This document shows, piece after piece, positions 39,828 to 50,053 of a DNA stretch of 64,000 bases (positions within the stretch are counted from its first letter, which is position 1; the number at the start of each line of letters is the position of its first letter). The DNA comes from a bacterium. GTDB lineage: Bacteria; UBA8248. Under the pieces are notes generated by a model. The model was not told where the DNA came from. It ran no database searches and saw nothing but the letters and a program-made list of their open reading frames with translations. A program made the translations under genes and the position numbers. The stretch spans positions 1 to 64,000 of the forward strand of contig CBDBZY010000045.1 of the NCBI GenBank assembly GCA_965213685.1. Reading direction: 5' to 3'.

Positions 39828-40904
39828 ATGTCGTTTGAACCTGTGCGCGTCGCCTCGATGGGCCTGGGGCGATGGGCCAACGTGCTCGCCGACGCCGCGT
39901 TGCGCGGAGGAAAGATTCGGATCGTCTCCTGCTTCAGCCGAACGGCCGGGAAGCGGCGCGACTTCACGGAGCGCTACGGGACGCGGGAGGCGGAGAGTTT
40001 CGATGCGCTGTTGCGAGACGAGGAAATCGAGGCCGTCATCCTCACGACGCCGAACCACGCCCACAAAGAGCACATCGAGGCGCTGGCCGCCGCCGGCAAG
40101 CATGTCTATTGCGAAAAGCCCATCGCCCACTCCATGGAGCATGCGCGCGCCATCGTCCATGCGGTCGAGGCCGCCGGCGTCAGGCTCGCGGTAGGCCATA
40201 GCGCGCGCCGCCTCGCCGTCTCGAGGCGCATGAAGGCGCTGATCGACGAGGGGGCGATCGGGCGCGTCTCGATGAGCGAGAGCAATTTCTGCACCGAGCG
40301 CGGCCTGGAGCTGACGCCCGAGAAATGGCGTTCGAGCCGCGCGCTGAACCCCACGGGCGTGGTCATTCAGCTGTCCATCCACCACGTCGACACGTTTCGC
40401 TACCTGCATGGCCCGGTGAAGACCGTCACCGCCAGGCTCAAGCGCATGTATGCGACCGAGGACGTGGAGGACGCCTCGATGATGATTCTCGAGCATGAAA
40501 GCGGGGCACTCTCCTATGTGGGCGGCGGCTGGGCGTGTCCCTGGGCGTTTCACATGAACGTTCATGGCACGAAGGGAATCGCGCATTTTCGCATTACCGG
40601 CCAGCAGTGGCGGGACCCCTCGAAGGCACCCGATCCGATTCGCCTCCGGCTGGACAGGGAGCCGCTGGGCGCGGACGCCGTCTACGACATGCCGGAGGGC
40701 GATATGTTCCGGGACGCACTCGATGATTTTGCCGACAGCGTCCGCACGGGCCGCACCCCCGAGGTGGACGGCAGGGTGGCCGAGGAGAACCTGGCCATCG
40801 TCTATGCGGCTGCTGAGAGCTCGCGCCTAGGCAGGACGGTGGAGTTGCGGGATCATCTCCAGGAAACGCTGAGATTGACCCCCGGGGGGAGGCGCGTCCG
40901 CTAG
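39828..40904 (+). CDS. Gfo/Idh/MocA oxidoreductase
   Basis: GLGRWA, TPNHAH, GKHVYCEKP. Confidence 0.9.
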   Translation: MSFEPVRVASMGLGRWANVLADAALRGGKIRIVSCFSRTAGKRRDFTERYGTREAESFDALLRDEEIEAVILTTPNHAHKEHIEALAAAGKHVYCEKPIAHSMEHARAIVHAVEAAGVRLAVGHSARRLAVSRRMKALIDEGAIGRVSMSESNFCTERGLELTPEKWRSSRALNPTGVVIQLSIHHVDTFRYLHGPVKTVTARLKRMYATEDVEDASMMILEHESGALSYVGGGWACPWAFHMNVHGTKGIAHFRITGQQWRDPSKAPDPIRLRLDREPLGADAVYDMPEGDMFRDALDDFADSVRTGRTPEVDGRVAEENLAIVYAAAESSRLGRTVELRDHLQETLRLTPGGRRVR

Positions 40905-41584
40905 TCGTCCGGGTTGGGCTCCGGGAAATCATCCGGCCAGTTCTCGAGCAGCGATTGCAGGTACGCCTTCATCTTGTCGGGGTTTCCCCGCACCGATTTT
41001 TTGATCTTCTCCACCTCGCCCTCGTTTTCAATGGGTATCCGGAACGAGTCCATGAACCGGTTCATCATCCCCTGCTTGCCGCTCATCAGGGACATCTCGA
41101 CAATCTCGCCGTCGGTGAAATGCTCTTTCACCGCATCGAGCACGTCGGGATTCTCGCGCGCGGTGTTTTTCGTGAAATGCTCCGCCCAAAGGCAGGCGGC
41201 GCGCTCCCGGGGGTTCAGGAGGGGGGACGTCATGTATGCGTCAGAGGCGATCGCCTCGATTTGCGCATCGGTGATTCCCGTCGCTTGACCAAGCGCCGTG
41301 TTGTGCGCGATTCAGTAGGCGCAGGCGTTCACGAAGCTCGTCTTGAGGACGACGATCTCCTTGATCCTGCAGGTCAGAAGCCCGCCCATGCCCTCGCGCT
41401 GGAGCGTGGCGTTGAAGGGCAGGTAGAACCTGGCGACGTAGGGCGTGTTCGCCATCGCGCGCGCCGAGTTGGGAATGCGGCCCAGAAACTCGCGCGTCGC
41501 CTCGAAGAACAGGGCCGTGTCGCCCGCCGCCTCCTGCGGGTCGAGCAGCCGGATTCCGCTTGTCTGGCTCGTCTGGTCTGGCAT
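40901..41584 (-). CDS. AhpD/carboxymuconolactone-decarboxylase-like selenoprotein (CxxU, Sec at 41312-41314)
   Basis: two in-frame ORFs joined by one TGA in NACAY*IAHN; SECIS-like hairpin downstream; 227 aa on read-through. Confidence 0.85.
41282..41314 (-). promoter_or_regulatory. Bacterial SECIS-like element
   Basis: UGA, 16 nt, then stem CGCUU-loop GGUC-AAGCG. Confidence 0.7.
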
Positions 41585-41790
41585 GAATGTCCTCATTCTG
41601 GGGGGTAGGGGATTTTTTATGGTCCATGATGATAGGGGATTATAGGGCAACCTCGCCTCTGCGGGGAGTGCGTTCCGGGGAGTGGGGGACGCGCCGCTCG
41701 CCGTCCGCACCCCCGCCCGCCGTTTTTGATACAATGCCCTCCCTTTTGCAGGAAAACAGGCGAAACAGGCACCCGTAAGGAGCGCGCGGC

Positions 41791-42435
41791 ATGGCGGATT
41801 TTCCCCTCGAGATAACCGACAAGCTTTTGTCCACGACCCGCTCGGTGCGGAGGCGCCTGGATTTTCAACGCGCGGTGTCGCCCGAAGTCGTGATGGATTG
41901 CCTCCGGCTCGCCATTCAGGCGCCCACGGGCTCCAACCGGCAGGGTTGGCGCTGGCTGGTGGTGACGGATGAGGAGCTCCGCCGAGAACTCGGGCGATTG
42001 TATCGCAAGGGGGCCGGAGACTACCTGGAGCAGGGGCTGGCGCAGGCGCGAAAAGACGGCGCCGCCCAAAACGAGCGGGTCTTCGATTCCGCCGTGTATC
42101 TGGCGGAGAACCTCGAGCGCGCTCCCGTTCACGTGATTCCCTGCATCGAGGCCAACCTGCCCGATGATCCGCCCAGGTTCATGTGGGCCGGCCTCCTCGG
42201 CTCCATCCTCCCGGCGGTGTGGAGCTTTCAGCTGGCGCTCAGGTCGCGCGGCCTCGGTTCCGTCTTCACCACCCTGCACCTGCGCTGCGAATCCGAGGCG
42301 GCGGCCCTCTTGGGCGTGCCGGACGGGTTTATGCAGGCGGCGCTCATTCCGGTGGCCCATACGCTGGGAAGCAGATTCCGGCCCGCCGAGCGTCGCCCGC
42401 TCGAGGAGGTTGTGCACACCAACACCTGGGGGTGA
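41791..42435 (+). CDS. Nitroreductase-family protein
   Basis: TTRSVRR, APTGSNRQGW, LALRSRGLGS. Confidence 0.92.
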   Translation: MADFPLEITDKLLSTTRSVRRRLDFQRAVSPEVVMDCLRLAIQAPTGSNRQGWRWLVVTDEELRRELGRLYRKGAGDYLEQGLAQARKDGAAQNERVFDSAVYLAENLERAPVHVIPCIEANLPDDPPRFMWAGLLGSILPAVWSFQLALRSRGLGSVFTTLHLRCESEAAALLGVPDGFMQAALIPVAHTLGSRFRPAERRPLEEVVHTNTWG

Positions 42436-43022
42436 TTTTCCGGGCGCCCATTCGGAGCGCGCCCCTGCGTGCGCAAGACGCCGACGCCGTTCGCCGAACC
42501 TCCCGGCCCGCCGCGCCCGGGAGCGTCCAGCCCCCCGCTGTTTCCCGCGCCCCGCGCCCCGGGCCTCCCTCCGTCGCGCATCCGCCTCGTCCGGTCGCGC
42601 AGACTCCTCCCTCCGCCAGTCGCCAAGCGGCATGACGGGCCTCCCCCACTTGTCCGCACCGCTCGGCCGCGCGAGCTATGCACGAGAGGCGGACCTCGTG
42701 AAACAGCTCCGGCCGGGCGGGGGCAGGGGCTGCCCGACCGGGGGTGCGGCTACGGGCGGATGTCCCGTTTGCCGGAGCACCGGGGGTTCGAGGGCGTCCC
42801 CTGCAGCGTCGAGGCGGAGGCGCCCTCTCTCCGGAACCTCTTCCTCCGCCGGGCAAAAAAAGCATGGACGTCGTCTATTATGGCGAAGACCCCGTCGCCC
42901 TCCCGTTCGGGGAGGAGTCGTCGCATGCGAGGCGCTATCGCGCGCGGGGGGAATGTCCGTTTGCTTTCGCGAAGGGCACGCGGGAAAGCGCGAGAAACCG
43001 GAGGCGTCCCGCGCGCGCGTCT

Positions 43023-43097
43023 TGGTGACCCCTAGGGGACTCGAACCCCTGTTCCCGGCGTGAGAGGCCGGTGTCCTGACCGCTAGACGAAGGGGCC
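43023..43097 (-). tRNA. tRNA-Glu(CTC)
   Basis: GGCCCCT..AGGGGTCACCA cloverleaf, anticodon arm CCGGC-CTCTCAC-GCCGG, GGTTCGAGTCC, encoded CCA. Confidence 0.97.
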
Positions 43098-43229
43098 ATG
43101 AAGCGGCGCTGCCCCCCATATCGCGCACGTGCGGCGCGCATACGGGACGCAATGGCGAAAGGGTAGCCCCTATCGGGGTTTCCCGTCAAGCGGGCGGGCG
43201 CGCCTCCTCCGCGCATGGCGGTTTCCGCC

Positions 43230-44456
43230 TCAGCGAAACGAGCAGGGGGGCAGCGTGCGCTTCGAGGCTGCGGCGCGCCGTTTTCGCCTGGCTTGCAGGC
43301 CGAGCGTCAGCTGCGTGGCGAGAGTCGGTTTTGGCCCCAGGCGCTTGCCGCGCAGCGCGAGCCAGCCCGCCGCCGACTTGCGGATGCGGCCCAGGCGCGT
43401 CAGGTCCCGAAAATCGCGGATGTGCGCCCTTCTCCTGAGGTGGACGAGGCGCCTCGCCCACACAGGGCCGACCCCCGGCACGCGCATCAGGGTCTGCAGG
43501 TCGGCGTCCATGATTTCCACCGGAAACGTCGAGGGGTTTCGCTTGGCCCACGCCATTTTGGGGTCCTCGTCGAGGGGCAGATTTCCTTGGGATGCGGGAA
43601 TCTCCTCGAGTGCGAACGCATATTCGCGCAGCAGGCGCTCCGCCTGGTAGAGGCGGTGCTCGCGCCTTTTGGAGACCGGAGGGAGGCCGTCCATCGGCGT
43701 GTCTTCCACCGGCCGGAAGGCGCTGAAGTGCGTGTGGTGGAGGAGTCCCTCCCTCTGGAGTGCGTGGGACGCCGAGAGGACGTCCATGTCGCTCTCCCCG
43801 CTGGCGCCCACGATGAACTGCGTCGTCACGCCGGCGGGGATGAGTCCGGTTTTCTCCCGAGACGATTCGCGCGCCGTTTCTCCCAGGTACGCGAGGGCGG
43901 GCCTGAGGTCTGCCTCCAGGTTCTTCTCGGGCGCCATGACGCGAAGTCCCTCCTCGGTGGCGGCCTCGAGGTTCACCGAAAGCCTCGTGGCCACTTGGGC
44001 GGCGCGGCGGAGCTGGGCGTCCTCCACCCCGGGAAGCATCTTGAGGTGAATGTAGCCGCCAAAGCGATGCCGGAAGCGCAGGAGCTCGGCCACCGCTATC
44101 ATCCTGTCCACGCCGGTGACGCCGCTGCCCGGAATCCCGCTGGTGAGAAAAAGACCCTGGGCGCGGTTTCTTCTCCGGAGCGCCATGAAGACGTCGGCCA
44201 GCTCCTCCGGGCCGAAGGCGAAGCGCGGCATGTCGCGCGAGGCGCGCATCGGGCAGTAGCGGCAATCGTAGCTGCAGGCGTTGGTCATCATGGTGGAGAG
44301 AAGCGGCATGACGCGCCCGCCGGAGAAGGGGACGGGGAAAACCCCCGGCGTGTCCGAGCCCGGAAATTTTCGCCGGGCGCGGGGCGGGCCCTCCCTGTCG
44401 TCGAAGGATTGGCCGCCGAGGATGGTGAGTTTCTGGAGGGTTTTTTCTGTCGCCAT
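43230..44456 (-). CDS. Putative DNA modification/repair radical SAM protein with HhH domain (TIGR03916-like)
   Basis: NACSYDCRYC, GYIHLK, TQFIVGA, REHRLYQA, DPK, LMRVPGVG. Confidence 0.88.
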   Translation of the reverse strand: MATEKTLQKLTILGGQSFDDREGPPRARRKFPGSDTPGVFPVPFSGGRVMPLLSTMMTNACSYDCRYCPMRASRDMPRFAFGPEELADVFMALRRRNRAQGLFLTSGIPGSGVTGVDRMIAVAELLRFRHRFGGYIHLKMLPGVEDAQLRRAAQVATRLSVNLEAATEEGLRVMAPEKNLEADLRPALAYLGETARESSREKTGLIPAGVTTQFIVGASGESDMDVLSASHALQREGLLHHTHFSAFRPVEDTPMDGLPPVSKRREHRLYQAERLLREYAFALEEIPASQGNLPLDEDPKMAWAKRNPSTFPVEIMDADLQTLMRVPGVGPVWARRLVHLRRRAHIRDFRDLTRLGRIRKSAAGWLALRGKRLGPKPTLATQLTLGLQARRKRRAAASKRTLPPCSFR

Positions 44457-44493
44457 CGCCATTCTCCCTGTAGTTGTGGAGGCAATGAGGAGA

Positions 44494-44540
44494 ATGGTAA
44501 GCGAAAATAAAACGAAAATCAATGCGTTTTTGTAAAACGC
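44494..44540 (-). promoter_or_regulatory. Sigma70 promoter of the repair radical SAM gene with operator-like repeats
   Basis: TTGATT-17-TACCAT; ATTTTCG repeated at 11-bp period; palindrome GCGTTTT-tgt-AAAACGC at 44524-44540. Confidence 0.55.
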
Positions 44541-44677
44541 CCGCACGTGGTGATGCGGATGATCGCATCCACATATGAAAGCGATGTATCGACATGTGGG
44601 GTGGATTCTCTGGGAACGGGCACCGGAGAAGGGCGCGTCCGCCGGATGTTGCCGAGGCGCGCGCCAGCGCGCCTCCG

Positions 44678-45976
44678 CTAGGGCGTTTCCGGCGTGGCCG
44701 AGGTTTCCGGATCCGGAGCCGGCACCGGCGAATGGTTCTCTCGCCAGGATGCGAGCGCGCTCCGGAAGGCGTCCATGTCTGGCGGAATCCGCCCCGGCCT
44801 CCCCAGGGCCGCACCCGCCACTTCCGCCGCGTTTTTGCCCGTGCCCGTGCCGATGCAGACGATGGTCTCATCCGCCCCGGGCCTCTCCGGTCGCTCGGCA
44901 CCCTCCATCAGGCTGGCCACGGAGGCCGCCGAGGCGGGCTGTAAAAACAGCCCCTCGCTCCTGGCGATCAGGAATTCCGCCGCCAGGTTGAGCGCATCGC
45001 TCACCAGCGCGCCTTGTCCCTCCGAAGCGCGCACGACATCGGCCACGCGGTCGCCCGCACCCGGGGACGGACTCGTGAGACCGGCCGACTTCGTCCGCAC
45101 CGCACCCCAGGGCGCCACCTTTCCGCCGGAGCGCAGGGCGCGGACGATGGGCGCGCAGCCATCGGGCTGGACGACGTCTATCGCCGGCATCCTGTCTATC
45201 CATCCCAGAGCCAGCAGCTCCCGGAAGCCCTGGTCCATCGCGAGTGCCATGGTGCCGCCGGCGGTGGGGCAGATGGCGCGGTCGGGCGCGCGCCAGCCGA
45301 GCTTCTCCGCCACCTCGTAGGCCGCCGTCTTCTTCCCCTCGATTCTGTATAAGTTTCGGGGCAGGGCGGCGTGCAGACAGCCCAACTCTCGGGACGCCTC
45401 CTCGGCGAAGCGCGCCCCCACGCCCTGGTCGCCCTCGACGATGAGCGTGAACGCCCCGTAGGCGCCCACCTGGAGGCAGTGAACGGACGAGCTGTCCTCG
45501 CGCACGAAGCCGATGAACTCCACCCCGCCCCGCGCGCAGTAGGCGCTGAAGGAGGCGGCCGCGTTGCCGGAGGAGGGCAGCACGATGCGCCGGACGCCCA
45601 CCTCCCGGCATTTGCTGACGGTGACCGAGCCGCCGCGGTCCTTGAACGAGCCGGTGGGGTTGCGCGACTCGTCCAGAATGTAGAGGTTCCTGAACCCGAG
45701 CGCCTTGCCCAGCCTCTCCGCGCGGATGAGGGGGGTGTCCCCCTCGACGAGCGAGACCACGTTTTTCGCATCCCGCACGGGCAGCAGTTCGTGCCAGCGC
45801 CAGATGCCCCGGGGCCGACGAGCCACCTCGTCCCTGTCGAGATTGCTCCGGAGCCATTCGACGTCGTAGCTGCCCCGCAGGTTCCCGCCGGTATCGGGGC
45901 AGGTGAAGGGGTGCTGGAGGTCGTCCACGATTTTTCCGGAGTCCAGGCTCAAAAGGCCTTTCAGCGCGCTATACAA
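44678..45976 (-). CDS. Threonine synthase-like PLP enzyme
   Basis: GIWRW, EGDTPL, NPTGSFKDRG, SSGNAAAS, EGKKT. Confidence 0.85.
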   Translation of the reverse strand: MYSALKGLLSLDSGKIVDDLQHPFTCPDTGGNLRGSYDVEWLRSNLDRDEVARRPRGIWRWHELLPVRDAKNVVSLVEGDTPLIRAERLGKALGFRNLYILDESRNPTGSFKDRGGSVTVSKCREVGVRRIVLPSSGNAAASFSAYCARGGVEFIGFVREDSSSVHCLQVGAYGAFTLIVEGDQGVGARFAEEASRELGCLHAALPRNLYRIEGKKTAAYEVAEKLGWRAPDRAICPTAGGTMALAMDQGFRELLALGWIDRMPAIDVVQPDGCAPIVRALRSGGKVAPWGAVRTKSAGLTSPSPGAGDRVADVVRASEGQGALVSDALNLAAEFLIARSEGLFLQPASAASVASLMEGAERPERPGADETIVCIGTGTGKNAAEVAGAALGRPGRIPPDMDAFRSALASWRENHSPVPAPDPETSATPETP

Positions 45977-46067
45977 GTGCGGTTCTCCTCGGTTGGCGGC
46001 GTTATTTGGCGGCAGGGGGGGAGCGGCCCCCGCGTTTCGGACCTCCGCCCGGATTCCCCCGGCTGGC

Positions 46068-47438
46068 CTAGGCGACGCCCTCTTCCTTCATGGCCCGCAC
46101 CCCCGCGCGGAAGGCGGCGAGCGTCTCCTCGATCACGTCGTCCGTGTGGCAGGTGCCCACGAGGGCGCGCGCGCCGTTGAAGTCCACCCCGTGGAGGATC
46201 AGCGCCTGCCGCAGGGCGCGGCTCCTCCGGGCGTCCTTGGAATCCAGGCGCCTCCATTCCACGCCGTCCACCTTCTGGTCCGCCCCGTCGCGCGGCGGGG
46301 CGTCGGCGCCGAAGAAGATTTTCCAGTCGCTGTAGGCGCCATACGCCCTCCACGCCACCGCCTCCTGCGCCAGAATCTCGTTCATCCCGTATCGCAGCTT
46401 CTCCGCCTGCGCGTTCGCCAGTCTCGTGGCCTCCCCGTCGGCCAGCGAGGAGAGCATGGCGACGCCTGCTGCCGCCGAGACGGGGTTGGCGTTGAAGGTG
46501 CCGTGGTGGGCGATTTTCGCGTGGCGCACAGCCTTCGGATCCGCCGGGGTGGCGAGATGCTCCAGGATGTCCGCCCGCCCGGCGACGGCGCCGCCCGGCA
46601 AGCCCCCCGCGAGTATCTTGGCCAGGCTGGTGAGGTCCGGCGTCACGCCGAAGTGCGCCTGCGCACCGCCCGGGGAGACGCGGAAGCCGCTCACCACCTC
46701 GTCGAAGACGAGCAGGGAGCCCGTCTCCAGGGCGGCTTCTCGGAGCCGGGCCACGAAGTCCCGTCCCATGGGGACGGTGCCGAAATGCCCGCCGGTCGGC
46801 TCGAGGATGACCGCGGCGACCTGCCTCGGCGCCAACGCTGCGCGGACGGCGTCGATGTCGTTGGGCGGGCATACGGTGACGAGGCTGGCCGCCTCCTCGA
46901 GCTGCCCAGCCTCCGGCGCGTTCGTGTAGGGGGGGCGAACGCCGACCTCCAGCCCCTCGTGCCAGCCGTGGAAGTGGCCCGCGAACTTCACCACGCGCTT
47001 TCTGCCCGTGGCGGCGCGCGCGAGCCTGAGCGCCATGTGCGTGGCCTCGGTGCCCGAGGCGGTGAAGCGCACGCGCTCGGCGCTCGGCACCAGGCGGCGC
47101 ACCCATTCCCCCCACTCCACCTCTCGCCTGTGGCCGGCGCCGTGGTGGGAGCCCTGGCGCACGGCCTCGAGGGCGGCGGCCTCGACGTGGGGCGGGTTGT
47201 GCCCGAACAAGAGGGCGCCGTGGCCCATCCAGTAGTCCACATAGCGGTTGCCGTCCACGTCCCACTTGTAGGCGCCGCGGGCGCGCTCGACGTAGATGGG
47301 AAACGGGCGCATCCTGCGATTGTCGTGCGTCACCCCGTCGGGAAAAATTTCCTTCGCCCGCTCGAACAGGGCGCGCGAGGCGGGCAGCGATTCGGCGTAG
47401 GCGTCGGCGAGTCTGGGCGTGTCCGTTGGCTGCTGCAT
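46068..47438 (-). CDS. Class III aminotransferase (glutamate-1-semialdehyde aminomutase-like)
   Basis: WDVDGNRYVD, SGTEAT, FHGWH, FDEVVSGFR, LAKILAGG, GTFNANP. Confidence 0.88.
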   Translation of the reverse strand: MQQPTDTPRLADAYAESLPASRALFERAKEIFPDGVTHDNRRMRPFPIYVERARGAYKWDVDGNRYVDYWMGHGALLFGHNPPHVEAAALEAVRQGSHHGAGHRREVEWGEWVRRLVPSAERVRFTASGTEATHMALRLARAATGRKRVVKFAGHFHGWHEGLEVGVRPPYTNAPEAGQLEEAASLVTVCPPNDIDAVRAALAPRQVAAVILEPTGGHFGTVPMGRDFVARLREAALETGSLLVFDEVVSGFRVSPGGAQAHFGVTPDLTSLAKILAGGLPGGAVAGRADILEHLATPADPKAVRHAKIAHHGTFNANPVSAAAGVAMLSSLADGEATRLANAQAEKLRYGMNEILAQEAVAWRAYGAYSDWKIFFGADAPPRDGADQKVDGVEWRRLDSKDARRSRALRQALILHGVDFNGARALVGTCHTDDVIEETLAAFRAGVRAMKEEGVA

Positions 47439-47739
47439 GGAGAAATCTCCCGTGGGAGCGGGTCTCGAAGCCTGAAGTCTCATATGGCGGCACCACGCTA
47501 CGCCCAACCCGCGGCCGGCGTCAAGGGAAGCGCCCCTCCTCGAGGCAGGGGAGGGAAAAGCCTTGCGACGCTTCTCCTCCTCCCTCGTCAGCCTCGAAGC
47601 GTGCGAGGACCGCACTGCGCGCGTCCGGGAGAAAAGCCTCGTGGCGCCGCCTCTCCTCCCTTGTCAACCTGCCCCCGAATGTTCATGATCCCGTGTGTCT
47701 GCTGGATGCATTACTCTTCCGCTCGTCCTGGAGGTTTCC

Positions 47740-48678
47740 ATGCCCGGCTACGATCACGCGAAAGTATGGCTCAACGGCAAGGTGGTGCCGCCCGAGGAGG
47801 CGAAGATCAGCGTTTTCAGCCAGGCCGTTCTCAGGGGTTCGAGCGTGTATGAGGGGATTCGCGCCTATTGGAGCGCGGAGCGCGAGAACCTGTTTCTCTG
47901 GAAGATGGCCCCCCACATCCGGCGGCTTTTCGATTCGATGAAGGTGATGCGGATGACCCCGCCCTATACGGCGGAGGAGTTTCAGGAGGCCGTCATCGAA
48001 TGGATACGGGCGAATGGCTTCCGCGAGGACATCCACTTTCGGCTCAACGTGTATTTTGACGATGCGGGGCCTCTGGACATGAAGGGCTATGCGGCCGAGG
48101 AGGTGGACACCTGCGTCTTCATCAGCGGGGGGCCGAACAGCAATCGCAGGCGCCAGGAGCGCGGCGTGAACCTGTGCGTGAGCAGCTGGCGCCGGATTTC
48201 GGACGATTCCGTGCCCCCGCGCGTCAAGGCGTCGGCCAACTATCAGAACAGCCGGCTCGCGGGGGTCGAGGCCCGGGTGAACGGATATGACGACGCCATC
48301 CTGCTGAACCACAACGGCAAGGTGGCCGAGGGCACGGGCACGTGCGTGATGATCGTCCGCGAGGGGAAGCTCATCACGCCGCCGGTGACCGACTCCATCC
48401 TGGAGAGCATCACGCGCGACAGCGCACTCGAGATGTTTGCCCGGCACCTGGGCCCGGCGCCGGTGGAGCGCTCTGTGGATCGCACGGAAATCTACGTGGC
48501 CGATGAGGCGATGGTATGCGGATCGGCAGCCGAGGTGGCGCCGGTTCTCTCGCTCGACCGCATCCCGATCGGAGACGGAAAACCCGGAAAAATCACGCGC
48601 CGGCTGCAGGAGATTTTCTACGCCGCCGCCCGGGGCGCGGATGAAGCCTACGAAAAGGACATTTCGCCCGTCTATTGA
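47740..48678 (+). CDS. Class IV (branched-chain amino acid-like) aminotransferase
   Basis: YEGIRAY, KASANYQNS, EGTG, LESITR, GSAAEV. Confidence 0.9.
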   Translation: MPGYDHAKVWLNGKVVPPEEAKISVFSQAVLRGSSVYEGIRAYWSAERENLFLWKMAPHIRRLFDSMKVMRMTPPYTAEEFQEAVIEWIRANGFREDIHFRLNVYFDDAGPLDMKGYAAEEVDTCVFISGGPNSNRRRQERGVNLCVSSWRRISDDSVPPRVKASANYQNSRLAGVEARVNGYDDAILLNHNGKVAEGTGTCVMIVREGKLITPPVTDSILESITRDSALEMFARHLGPAPVERSVDRTEIYVADEAMVCGSAAEVAPVLSLDRIPIGDGKPGKITRRLQEIFYAAARGADEAYEKDISPVY

Positions 48679-48774
48679 TGATGGGGAGAGGGCCGCTCCC
48701 CCGCAGGCGCGGGCGACCCTCTTTTCGCTGTCGCCCAGCGCACGCCTTCCTTCCCGTGAAAAGGTGCCGGCGCG

Positions 48775-49923
48775 TCAACCTAGGTGGCGGAATACCTCGC
48801 CCACAATCCGCATCCCCTTCTCGATCGCCTCCTCCTCCACCGAATAGGTGAAGCGCAGGTGGCCCTCTCCCGCGTCGCCGAACTCCGAGCCGCTGCGGAT
48901 CGCGGCCCCGGCCTCCCAGATGCGCTTTCGCACCTCGACGGAGGGAATCGGGTATTCATACCGGCAGTATTGATAGAAGCCGCCCTGGGGCTGGATGGGA
49001 ATCAGTCCGGGGATGGCCTGCGTCATCTCATGGATGAGGCGGCCCCGCCTGTGGTATTCGCGTCCCATTTGCGCCACGCATTCCTGGGAGCCTCTCAGGG
49101 CGGCGGCGCCCGCGCGCTGGACGAAGGTGTTGATCGGCCCGTTGATCGCGCGGTGAACGCCGAACATCGTCCGGGCCAAATCCTCCGGAACGGCCATGTA
49201 GCCCAGACGCCAGCCGGTCATCGAATAGGTCTTGGAAAAGGTGTCGAGGAGGACGAGGCGCGCCCTGTGTCCGGTGAACGAGAGGAGGGGGACGTGCTGG
49301 AAGCCGGGCTGGAGGATTTTCGCGTACGCCTCATCCGATACGACCATGAGGTCGCGCTCCGCCGCGAGTTCGACCAGCCCCTCCAGCTCCTCGCGCCGAT
49401 AGACCACGCCCGTGGGGTTGTTCGGGTTGTTCATGAAAATCAGGCGCGTCCTCGGGGTGATGGCGCGGCGAACGGCCTCGACGTCGATATGATAGTCCGC
49501 GTCGTGCGGCACCTCCACCGGGACGGCGCCTATCTGCCGCGCGACGTGGGAGTAGAGGGAAAAGGTGGGGTCCATCAGTATCGCCTCATCCCCCGGGTCG
49601 AGGAACGTCGTCATGACGGCGTATATGCCGGAGCTCGCCCCGTTCGTGGCGATGATGGACGCGGGCGCATACTCCGCCCCCGCCTCGCGCGCGATGTGCT
49701 CGCACACGGCCTCGAGGAACTGCGGATCCCCCTGGCCCGGGGCATAGCCCGTCAGTCCCTGGTCGAGCGCCTCCTTGGCGGCGGAGCGGATGTGCTCGGG
49801 CGTGGGGAAGTCGGGCGTTCCCGAATCCAGACGCACCATGCCCGGCGGCCTTCGGGCCGTCATGTGGGCGGCGCGCTCCCCGCCCGAGGTTTCGGCGACG
49901 TTTCTGGCGATGCGTCTTTTCAT
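48775..49923 (-). CDS. Class I/II aminotransferase
   Basis: GTPDF, NNPNNPTG, SDEAY, FSKTYSMTGWRLG. Confidence 0.92.
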   Translation of the reverse strand: MKRRIARNVAETSGGERAAHMTARRPPGMVRLDSGTPDFPTPEHIRSAAKEALDQGLTGYAPGQGDPQFLEAVCEHIAREAGAEYAPASIIATNGASSGIYAVMTTFLDPGDEAILMDPTFSLYSHVARQIGAVPVEVPHDADYHIDVEAVRRAITPRTRLIFMNNPNNPTGVVYRREELEGLVELAAERDLMVVSDEAYAKILQPGFQHVPLLSFTGHRARLVLLDTFSKTYSMTGWRLGYMAVPEDLARTMFGVHRAINGPINTFVQRAGAAALRGSQECVAQMGREYHRRGRLIHEMTQAIPGLIPIQPQGGFYQYCRYEYPIPSVEVRKRIWEAGAAIRSGSEFGDAGEGHLRFTYSVEEEAIEKGMRIVGEVFRHLG

Positions 49924-50053
49924 GTTCTCTCCTGGAGTGAGCGGGTCATGCGGCTGTGAGCGGCGCGCGGGCCCGCCCCTGGTTCGTGATGCGCGCCATT
50001 TCGCCGGTTTGCCTCCGGGAATATCCCCGGAACCCGCGGTGCGCGGGAAAATT

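Noticed and set aside
42436-43022. Integrated element or small gene downstream of tRNA-Glu
   Set aside because: No integrase, no duplicated tRNA 3' end seen in the window, and no convincing ORF.
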